64,000 nt of DNA. Origin: Octopus vulgaris. Lineage: Eukaryota. Shown piece by piece: positions 53,284-64,000 of the stretch (its first letter is position 1; each line of letters starts with the position of its first letter). A program made the translations under genes and the position numbers. A model generated the notes under the pieces. It was given only the letters and a program-made list of their open reading frames with translations, was not told the DNA's origin and did not search any database. The stretch is from assembly GCA_951406725.2 (NCBI GenBank), contig OX597827.1, positions 23,870,001 through 23,934,000 of the forward strand, written 5' to 3'.

Positions 53284-54508
53284 AAAAGGTGGGCTGAAAA
53301 ATTCATAGGCTAGCTCTGAAGGAGTGATGCTAGAGCTGTGAAATCTTGCATGCATCTATTTCAGCTTTTCTTATTAATAACTGTATTGTTTCTTTCCAGG
53401 TAAACTGACGGCTGACTCTTCAAAATAGACTTCAGAGGTAACTAGTAGCAACTTCTCTTGAAAATGGACAAAATTCAGCTTTGTGGGGTTAACAAATATC
53501 TGCAGAAAAAAAGGTTTAGCTCCCAACATTCATGCTGACATGGTATTAGAGTATGACATTCCAACTTTATCAACAGTGCCAAAATGGACAGCTGAATCTA
53601 AGAGGGAAAAGGAAAGTTTTGAAGACCGCTCACAGTCTGGACATCCTGCAACTGCCGCCATCAAGGAAAATATTGATCGTGTTCATCACATGATGATGGA
53701 TGACAGGCGATTGACTATAAATCAAATAACCAATGCTATTAGCTTATCCCGTGTGAAAGTTTGAGACTATTCTGCACAATGAACTTGTTACGAAGGAAGT
53801 TTCTACTTGGTGGGTGCACATCTTCCGACACCTGACCAAGAGTGCAACAGGCTGATCACATCATGGGAAAACCTGACATTGTTTTAGGCAGATCCAGCTG
53901 GGTTCCTTAAATGTTTCCTAACCCAGGAAGGATGCTGGCTTCATCACTTTGAGCCAGAGACAATCCATGCAGTGGAAAAACCCCTCTCTCCATCTGCTCC
54001 CAAGAAGACCAACATCGTTTCATTTGCAGGGAAGGTGCTGGCCTCAGGGTTTTGGGATACAAAAGCATTGTGTTTATTGACTATTTTCAAAAGGGCCACA
54101 CCATACACGGTGAGTACTGTTACCAACTTGCTGAGGCTGTTAGGAAAGGCTAACAAGACCAATTGCCCAGGAAAACTGATGAAAGGGGTCTTGTTCATCA
54201 GGACAGTGTTCCAGCACACAAATCCTTGGTTTCAATGGCTGCTTAGTCTTTGAAATGGTTGATCACCCTCCTTATTCTCTTGATTTATCCCCATCTGACT
54301 ACTATTTGTTCCCCAATATGAAAAACGCTTGGCTGGGAATCCTTATCGCAGTGATGATGATGTCACATCTGCTGTTGATGGCTTATTTTGTCCCAACAGA
54401 ATGCAAGTTTCTTCACCAATGGTATCCAAGCACCGGAACACCAATGGAAGAAGTGTGTGGGCTACAGGGGAGGGAGCGTATCTATGAACTTTTCAGCTAA
54501 TCCTCATA
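53284..54508 (+). mobile_element. Near full-length decayed mariner DNA transposon
   Basis: Terminal inverted repeats GGCTGAAAAATTCATAG / CTATGAACTTTTCAGCT; transposase motifs DRRLT, AGKVLASGFWD, HPPYSLDLSPSDYYLFP with frameshifts. Confidence 0.93.
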
Positions 54509-56294
54509 GATGAGGTTGGGCGCTAGCAACATGGACTCAAGAAAGCTAATGGTTGGGTTAGTACTTTAGAATTACAGGTGACCCTGGTTGGATTGGTAAC
54601 CTGGAACCAGGGATGTTGTTGAAAAGATTATCAAAAGAGTTAAAAAGCAAGACAATTCTATGGCAATAATTTTGTTTCCAAAGCCATACATTTAATGGCG
54701 TTTGTAGTTTTGGACATTTTCCTTTCAAATATACATCCATATCTCACCTGACTTTGTGTTGCATATTTAAGGGTACAGATGGATGAACTGGTCATAAATT
54801 TAAATCACTAACATTAACTAGGGAGATGAGTAACACTTTTGAACCATTAGTACAAAAAATTTAAGGTTAATGGATTGTATTTTCTGGTATACAAGTCAAA
54901 TTCTTCAAACCAAAATTTACAGGCAAAACAAGGGAGGTTGCCTTACTCCTTTAGCATTCAGGTTTTTCTGTCAAATGTAATCCTTATTTATTCATATTGC
55001 TTTGAATTAATCATATGTTATCTCAAAGCTTTGAGGTTTCAATGATGTGATTGTTTACTTTTAGAATGATATAGTAGGGTAGGCATGAGAAGCTGGATCA
55101 GGCCAGTTTCAACATGAAGCAAGTAAAATATTTACGCCAAAAATGGCCAGTTTAAATGCTAAAGAGTGAAACAGCAACATGACTTTGAAGGACCAAATTT
55201 TGTGAAATGCAGCAGAATTTAGAAAGTGTGTTGTTTCAATATTTACACTACATGTTTATGTTATAAACCATGTCGACTTGTATGCCACAAAATACAGAAT
55301 AAACAGAATTAGTTGTATTCATAAAAGTATTACAAATCACCTGCAGCCACCTGTTAAAATGTCCAGTTGATAGCTTCTTCACAGCAGTTCCGTAGTCCAT
55401 ACTTCACCTTGGATAATCAGTAAATAAAAGGAAATGCAATAAAGACAGAGACACAGGAGTCTACACAACAACAACTACAAGACTTATTAGAAAAGGAATA
55501 TGTGTTTATTATATCACCACATTCTGTCAACATATTACATAACACTCTGTGGTTACACCTCACCATCCTGGGGAGGGACACATTGCCACACTGGAGGAGT
55601 AACATACATTACCACAGCAAGGGATGAGATCTCATCAATGCATTCTGTATCACCTGTTACATTTACAGATAAATATTGTCATTAATGACCAAAATTTGGT
55701 GTCATTCAGACTCAACACCATTACCACTGGGTTCTGAGTTGTTTACTCTCTGTTATATTGTATGATATATAACCAATGTAATATAATATACTATAACACC
55801 TTAATAGTTGTGTGTGCGTGTGTATGTTAAAGTGTACAATATTTTATATCCATTATGTTCAATTTTACCAGTCCCAATTGGTAAGATTGTCTACTATGGA
55901 TATATAATACTGTACACTTTAATATACCCACTCCATTGACAATATGGGTGAAGATTTTTTCTCACTACTGGATTTTTAGCTATATGTGTGTGTGTGTGTC
56001 TGATTGTATGATGACAGGAATATAAGAGGGACCTGTTTATCTTGTCAATTTGCAGCAACTGCCTTTCTGGTCTCTGCTGCTGAAGAGGAGATAACCATGC
56101 TGAAATGCATGCATCCACCAGTCAGGTTAGGGAATGCTGCAAGCTGACTCACTGTATTTAACACCTATTTGTCTATAGCAAGAAATTTTCTCCACCATCA
56201 CAAAATACAGTGAATGGCTTTCTTGTGGGTTCAAATATGCCAGAAGCATATTTGAACTGATACCAAATGTGTGTACACACACACGTGTGTGCAC

Positions 56295-56517
56295 ATCTAC
56301 CAGACTTTAGAGCCTGGAACCATGTCGAAGATCTTCCTTTATATGGTGGATGTTAGGTATTATAATTTGTTCTTGGTTGAGAACTTCTTTTGTAGTTGCC
56401 TCCCTAGAAAGAGGGTCTTAGTGGTTCTACATCAAAGACAAACCCAAACTACGCCTCATCTATGATATCTTCTTGAATAACTTTGCTATAATTCTTTCTG
56501 CAACTTTCAGGTTATCA
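56295..56517 (-). mobile_element. RTE RT fragment
   Basis: Minus strand KVAERIIAKL...FGFV...TLFLGRQLQKKF.TKNK...FDMVP. Confidence 0.7.
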
Positions 56518-58040
56518 AGAAAGGATCGCGATGGGTGGAGGGAAAAATACCCCTAGTTAGAGGGAAGTCTCCCAACTAGCCCTCCTTTTAATTATATTCA
56601 CAGCCATTTTTCATAAAGTGGTAAGTTTCCCTCCCTCTGAAGTGATTCTATTCAAATAGCTCTTTAAATGGGCTGGTCCACATATCATTCACACCAAGCT
56701 TATGGAAGGAGTCCTTTCTCCTGACACACTCATTGCAGTTTACTCCAGTCAAAGAGGACTTCCGAAATAGAGAACATATGACACTCCTTACTCTTCAGTC
56801 ACTGCTTTTTGAGATGGACTCCTTCCTCATTGATGAGTAGTATCCTCCTCCTTCCTACTGCACTGCTACCATGATGGCATCTGCTTTAGTTAACTAGCTA
56901 CTTACATTATCACCTCTATCCAATACACTTGTCTCTCCATTCTTCCACTCGGGCCCAGCACCGACCAATATCTCCCATTCTTCCTCTTTTGAACATTGTT
57001 TCTTTGTAGTTCTAACCCAGTCAGGTTTTTCCTCCGTATTAAATATCGAGTGACATTCACCATCCTATGAGCACTTGTCAAGGCTACGGTTTCTAACCCT
57101 TCCTTAATAATCTTAAAATATTCCCCAGCAAAGAAGGAAGTTTGACTATTCATCAGAAATCATAGAGAAGTCAAAGGATCCATTCTTAATTTCAGGTTTT
57201 CAAGTGTAATGTAGTTGAAATCATCTGGTTCCATATTCCAACACCACTCCAGCTTTTATTAGGATTTCTTTGACCTCACTTAGAAGTCCTCACCCATTCT
57301 GCTCTGAAGACCAATTTCCCTGATTTCATTATCTTCATCATCAGAAACGATGAGGTTGAAATCCTTCAAACAAGTTGGTCGCTCTCCTTATCTTGGAAGT
57401 TTTCATTCCAACAAATGCTTTTCCAAAAAGAATGTGAAGCACAGAATTGGATTAGCCCATTAAGTATTTGAAAAACAGGGCAAAATAAGCTTTTAAGAAC
57501 AAATATCTAAGCACTGCCACCCAAAAATTAAACTGATGGTTTACCAAGATGACATCATCTGAACCTCATTATGTGGTTGCAAAACATGGACACTTTACTG
57601 GTGGGAAATCAAAGAGCTGGAGTGTTTCCATCAACAGAAGCTCTGTGCCATCATCAACAACAAATAGGAGGATTACAAACACCAGCAGATGAAGCATAAA
57701 ATCAACCCTGATTAAACACCAGCTACAATGGTCAAGACTTGCGATTAAAACGTAACAAATGAGATTTCCCTCATTTAATTCTCTTGAATGGATTAATTAT
57801 GAGGGAAAGGCCATGAGGATGACTCTTTCACTGTTACAAAGATCAGCAAAAAGAAAATTGAGTTATCAATGCCAACATGGCGGACCCACTGAGATTGAAG
57901 TTCTTTTATACATACATATACACACATATTATATATACACACACACACATATATATAAATATATACACACAAACACACACATATATATAAATATATACAC
58001 ACACATATATATACGGGTGTGTGTGATTGTGTATAGAAGA

Positions 58041-58470
58041 ATATATTAATAAAAGGAATTTCAACCTTGTCTGATTTTCACGTTTTATTTACAATCTTAT
58101 AATGATATATTATAAGATAATATATTAATAATAGAATAAAATAAAATAAAATAGTAAAATGTTAAATGTTCATTCTGATTGAACTAGTACTTTCATGCAT
58201 TAAATTCTGCAATCTTCAGGTTCATGTAGTAGTGGTGACAGTCATGCTTCACAATTTTTGACTGTCAAAAATTGTGAAGCATGACTGTCACCACTACTAC
58301 ATGAACCTGAAGATTGCAGAATTTAATGCATGAAAGTACTAGTTCAATCAGAATGAACATTTAACATTATACTATTTTATTTTATTCTATTATATTATAT
58401 TATATCATTATAAGATTGTAAATAAAACGTGAAAATCAGACAAGGTTGGAATTCCTTTTATTAATATATA
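58041..58470. mobile_element. ~430-bp palindromic (fold-back) element, probably inverted Penelope-like pseudo-LTRs
   Basis: Centre at T58263; arms 58158-58262 and 58264-58368 are perfect reverse complements and continue with mismatches/indels to ~58041/58470; flanked by (CA/TA)n; hammerhead motif in each arm. Confidence 0.8.
58302..58346 (+). ncRNA. Minimal type-I hammerhead ribozyme motif (mirror copy 58180-58224 on -)
   Basis: TGAAC CTGAAGA T-TGCA gaatttaa TGCA-T GAAA gtac TA GTTCA: stem I TGAAC/GTTCA, stem II TGCA/TGCA, palindromic stem III AGTACT, NUH=CUA. Confidence 0.75.
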
Positions 58471-58483
58471 TATACATAAATAT

Positions 58484-58631
<148 letters not shown>

Positions 58632-61600
58632 CACATGGCCTAGTGGTAAAGGCATTGCACCCACGACCTAATGATCGTGGGTTTGATTTCTGGATTGAGC
58701 AGTGTGTTGTGTTCTGTAGCGAAACACTTAATTTCATATTGCTACAGTCCACTCAGCTGTAAACAGCTCACCCCAACAATGGATTAGTCTTCAGATCAGG
58801 GGGGGAATGTTGGCCTGCTCGTCTTGCTAGTGGTGTGGCAGTATTCAAAAGCTAAAACGATGCAAAGCACACTGTGCCCAACAAGGGTCAATCACATGAT
58901 CTACACACACACACACACACGTTATTGGTTTGGTCTGAGGGAAAGTGTTGTGCCTATGGCCTCCAAGGCTTGGGTGATCAACTTCAACCTTGTTCCTGTT
59001 CAATATTTTGAAGTTGAAAGCTGCAAGAAAGTAATTCCAGTAGACGAACATTCTGTGATGGAAGAGCTGAGCTGGGTAGAAGGGATTAAACAAAGCCAAA
59101 GAGGGTGGATATGGTGTAGGGAACTTAAGGAAAGTAAGCCAAAAGTCCCTGGGAGGGGTTGGCAAGAGACAATCAGCTCTGATAAAGCAGGGGCCACTAT
59201 TTTAGCAATAGGAAAAAAAGCAGAAAGGAAGAGGAGATACAATACGTCTGCCTGAGGGTCAAAGGCTGAAGTTCATTGGCAAGCAATTTTCATATTCAAG
59301 GACATCTAAGGAAGAACTGTGTCTTGCTGGTGAGTGAGGAGGGTTCACCATCCTTGTTCTAAATTCTGACACAGCTGCTAACTCCAAATTTGATAGGGCT
59401 TATGTTTTGACCCTACATTCGAGCCTCACTTCTGCCTACTACGTCCACAAGGTTCCTAATGTAATATTGGTGACCATCAGAAAAGCTAAAGTATAATTCA
59501 ATCTCATGGTCACACCCTACTCCGATATCAGTCATGTTAGCATGATTGATACTGGGGTGTCAGTCATGTTAACATGATTAAAGTAAAACAAAAATACAAA
59601 GTCACTCACATCCACATTAAGAGTAAACTACAAACTCATTCCTGTTCAAATTAAGGGTACACTCCCATTACACCAGCCAATAAGGGAACCTCTATGTGGT
59701 TGAATGACTCTCTAGAAACAGCAGCAAAATATCCCTCAAATCACACATTCAGCTCAAAAGTGAAAGGACACATTGGAGGACAGTATAGGTTTAAATGGGT
59801 CTGGAAAAGAAAAAAGGATAACATGGCCATGGTTAGAATGTCTTTGATCACAGGTCAGCCTAATAGTGGTTGACCTAGGGTGAAACACCACCATTTCACT
59901 GCCATTCACATTGTTGTTGGTGGTGATGATGATGATGATGGTGATGATAAAAAATACAACAGCAACAACATAAAAATAAAACTGAAGGTTCTGCTTTAAT
60001 GGCTGCCTCACATAAAAAACAAAGTAAAAATATAAACAAAAAGAGGGGGAGGTAATGCAGTTTATACATACAGAGAGGGGGAAAGATAGAGAGAGTGTGT
60101 GTGTGCAGAAGTGTATATCGTTATGTGAATATACAGTCATCTACATAAATATATAAATGCATACAAACAGGAGTATCTATTAATTTATTTACTCATGATT
60201 CGAATGAGTTGCTACTCAGAGTTACTTGGTTTGATTGCAAACCTTTCAGACGACAGCAAAATGATATTTTGTTGTCATCCAACAGATTGCATCTGAGTGA
60301 GAAACTCAGAGTTGCAACAGCATGAATTACCAGTTTCATTGACATCAAAACAAAATCCTTTAAAACATTTATTGAATATTCTTGTTTGTGAAACCAAAAC
60401 TCTGCGTGTGTGGGTGTGTGCATGTGTGTGTGAGTGTGCATGTGTGTTTGTGTGTCTTGCTATTTAAAGAGGAATCTGTCCACCACTGAAACCACCATCA
60501 GAATGTCCGTGCCCTACATTCGCACTTTGTGGATGGGGAGTGGAGAAAGAAGCAGTGTAGGTCCCACTGCAGTGATATGTAAATATACAGGACATTACCT
60601 CCTCGATGTCAGACAAAAGGTGAAAGGTTAAGAGCAAAGAGGGCTCTCCCTGTGTTTGAGAAAAACTGACAGATCAGCAAGCGGGTATGTCCATACACAC
60701 ACACACACACAGAAATAAAATGACTGTGTACCTAGCTGTAAGCATATCCTTTGACTGGTTCCTAACATGGCACTGTGGCCATGCTGGGGCATTGTCTTTT
60801 AAGGTTCATTTCATTACATTGACTCCATTATTTCTTTCATTGTGCTTTGGGGAATGATGATGGTAAAGTGGAGCTAAGATTGAAATCAGAACACTCGTTA
60901 TTAATTCTGTCGCACACCTTGCTGCTTCTGCTGTCAACCTACCATAAATATACGGCAGGTTACAGTTTGTAAATAAAAGGTAGTTCCCAATACATGACAC
61001 AGTACTTATATATATATATGTATATATTAACATACAGAGACACACTTATGGTGAAGATAGAAAGCCAATCCAGCCATGGAGACTATAGGTGGTGAAACCC
61101 ACAAAAACAAAACATGGTTGAATGTAGGAGAATGTAATGAGAACATAAGGAGCTTCGTTGCTCAGAAAGTTCATCATAGTTTGGATAGAGAAGAAATATG
61201 CTGGGAACATCTCAAGATGGAGAGTTCCTTGAAACACAGAGAAAGGGAATCTTCAGATTCGTATGGCCCTTGGTAAAAGCTGGGTCTGAATTTCAGAGAA
61301 ATGTTAAATGCATGGAGATAGACTTTCAGTTTGACCAAAACCCCATCCACAGATGTGAGTGTCCTGACTCTGAAGGAGGATGTAATAAGTTTGTCCAAAC
61401 ACAGGATAAAATTTAAAGACCAAATTTAATTTCTAAGCAACTCAGCCCCTGGATGTCATCAAGTATTTATGTATATATTTCACACTCACTAATATCTTTG
61501 TTTTTAATTGGTTTTACACCAAATTACAGCCAGCATAACTGACTGACCACCTACACAGTTAAAAAAACAGAAAAAACAAAAACATGGTACAGAATACACA

Positions 61601-62725
61601 AAGACATTAAGTGTGTATGTGGGTGTGTACATGCACAAACTAGTTACCAGTTCAAACATGCTTGAGGCATATTTGAACCCATAAGATAGCCATTCACTGT
61701 ATTTTGAATGGCTTTATTATGAGTTCAAATAGGCCTCAAGCATATTTGAATTGACAAGAAGTATCTATTTATGCTGTCACCCTGTATATAAGTTTATTTA
61801 TACACATACATAGATATATATATACATACATAAATATATATAAATATATATATACACACATATATATATGAGACTTATGTCAAAATGTATGTAAACATGA
61901 ATAAGTGAAAATAAGAACCTACTCTATCACAGTATAACACAAATTGCACTAACACAGCAATATAGCAGTGGTTTATCAGTGCAGTCAGGGGACCAACAGC
62001 TGCACCTGTAATGCATCATCAGTGCAGTGCTGTGTCTCCCACTGCCGCCTGTAAGAGTAGTGGTGCATCGGTGAGCAATGCACCATTGTTTGCACTGCTT
62101 TGCTGCAGTGGTACTGCAAAGGAAGCCTGGGATCCAGCCCCAAGACACATGTGGTCAGTAAAAGGAAGATATACATGACAATTGGTCATTATGGTGGTGG
62201 TGTTGGTGGTGATGGTGGTGGTGGCAGCAACATCTGCAGAGTTTGGATTAACTGTCAACTTTATTGTGCTTATGGGCCGACCCTACTGATGGGTAGTGGT
62301 GATGGTGGTAGCTAGGGTGATGATAATTGTTACAGAGGACCAATAGTAGTTTTGGTGGTGGCCATGGTGATGCTTATGTGGTGGTAGTGTTGGTGGGTGG
62401 TAGTGGTGGTGATGTGGAATTAGGACAACTATCTTTCGTAGTGATGCTGACTACATAGAAAAAGTTGTCTTGCCTCAAAATACACTGATATCATGCTATA
62501 CTCTATCAGCTCTGTACCTACTCCTGCCATCATCATCACTGGAGACAGGTACCAATACCCCATGTGACAGGCTTGATAATGGTTGAGAATTCTCTGCAGG
62601 AAACCAATGGTAACCTTGTTAACACACAAATAAAGAATATTTATCCACCAGTGCAGTGTTGAACACTCATTCGCACTGTTCAATATTAGCATGTCTGTGT
62701 ACGTGTGTGTGCACATACATAAATA

Positions 62726-62759
<34 letters not shown>

Positions 62760-62812
62760 AATATCATATGACAAAAACAAGTGCTCAACACCACATTGGT
62801 GGATAGAATTTA

Positions 62813-63039
62813 TTTATTTGTGTCTTAAGGCTACCATTGGTTTCATGTTAAGAAAATATCTTAATATCTTAATTTTTCAAGCTGATGACATGGAGGAATA
62901 GTGTTCATCTCCATTTGGGTGTTTTCATTCAAAATGGAGACGAACACCATCCCTCCATGTGATCGGCTTGAAAAATTGTTAAGGATATTAAGATATATTT
63001 CTTAACATGAAAACAATGGTAGCCTTAATACACAAATAA

Positions 63040-63040
<1 letters not shown>
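62813..63040. mobile_element. ~230-bp imperfect palindromic element with variant hammerhead motifs in both arms
   Basis: Arms TTTATTTGTGT...CTCCATTT / AAATGGAG...ACACAAATAAA around centre ~62923. Confidence 0.75.
62965..63024 (+). ncRNA. Hammerhead motif with U3-A8 core variant (mirror copy 62829-62883 on -)
   Basis: GGC TTGAAAA A(T)TGTTAAGG...TCTTAACAT GAAA acaatgg TA GCC; stem I GGC/GCC, long stem II. Confidence 0.5.
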
Positions 63041-63106
<66 letters not shown>

Positions 63107-63159
63107 TAACAGTGAACATGTGATGAGAATGACACTGCCATGCCACAATCTCCTATTAA

Positions 63160-63422
63160 CACACACAGTATAAACTCAATATTACAATGAACCAATATTT
63201 ACCCTATATCATTTCAGTATTAACACTGTAATAGTCCAATATCAGCTGCATAAGTTTAATCCAATATTAACTTAATATTAATCTAATATTAATACTGTTT
63301 AAGCCCAATATTAACAGAATAATAACTCAATATCAACATACATAGAGCCAATATCGGCACAGTATCAACCCAATATTAATGCCATATTAATTCAATATTA
63401 ACACAATAATAACCCAATATTG
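63160..63422. repeat. Degenerate ~11/22-bp minisatellite
   Basis: Recurring AACCCAATATT / AACACAGTATT units. Confidence 0.7.
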
Positions 63423-64000
63423 GTTTCAAATTTTGGCACAAGGCCAGCAATGTCAGAGGAGGGAATAAGTCAATTATATCAACCCCCAGTACTCAACTGG
63501 TATATATTTTATTGAACCCAAAAGGAAAAGTCAACCTTGGTAGAATTTGAACTCAAAACGTATAGATGGATGAAATGCTACTAAGCATTTTGCCCTGCAT
63601 GATAACGCGTCTGCCAGCTCACTGCCTTATATTAACCCAGTGGCACTTTGTCAGTTACAACGACGAGGGTTCCAGTTGATCTGATCAATGGAACAGCCAG
63701 CTCGTGAAATTAACGTGCAAGTGGCTGAGCACTCCACAGATATGTGTACCCTTAACGTAGTTCTCGGGGGAAGATTCAGCGTGACACAGCGTGTGACAAA
63801 GCTGGCCCTTTGAAATACAGGTACAGCAGAAACAAAAAGAAAGAGAGAAAGTTTTGGTGAAAGAATACTGCAGTCTGGGAATCGAAACTGCCATCCTATG
63901 ACTGCAAATCTGCTGCCCTAACCACTGGGCCATTGCGCTTCCACATAAACCCAGCATTAATATGGTATTGACATAGCGGCAAATACAATGAATGTAACAA

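Noticed and set aside
61045-61416. Overlapping short ORFs as a gene
   Set aside because: Fragmentary, no splice structure; more likely a decayed retroelement that I cannot classify.
62882-62888. CTGATGA in the left arm of the 62.9-kb palindrome as a hammerhead core
   Set aside because: No correctly placed GAAA and UH, and the opposite arm does not keep the motif.

Overview
AT-rich, microsatellite- and retroposon-dense eukaryotic DNA; the SINE and RTE families suggest a cephalopod (Octopus-like) genome, which is an inference. The window holds: (i) an open 5'-truncated coding exon at 1-524; (ii) an 11-exon + strand gene (14565-28531, 1836 nt, all GT-AG and phase-consistent) encoding coiled coil-SH3-FN3-SH3, a shortened RIMS-binding-protein-like protein whose 5' exon(s) I could not fix; (iii) many TE relics (three tRNA-type SINE families, RTE LINEs, a mariner, a Helitron, a Helentron-like element, TTAA MITEs); and (iv) a 43-bp satellite with a homogenised core. 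Two non-standard signals stand out. First, a set of minimal type-I hammerhead ribozyme motifs, two of them in both arms of long palindromes (58.0-58.5 kb, and 62.8-63.0 kb with a U3-A8 variant core). Second, a conserved loop motif CCTGGACCG-N1-7-ACATCA repeated three times at ~333-bp spacing inside hairpins with different stem sequences (33.9-34.7 kb), in a TE-poor non-coding region downstream of the gene. All calls are by eye; no searches or folding programs were run.
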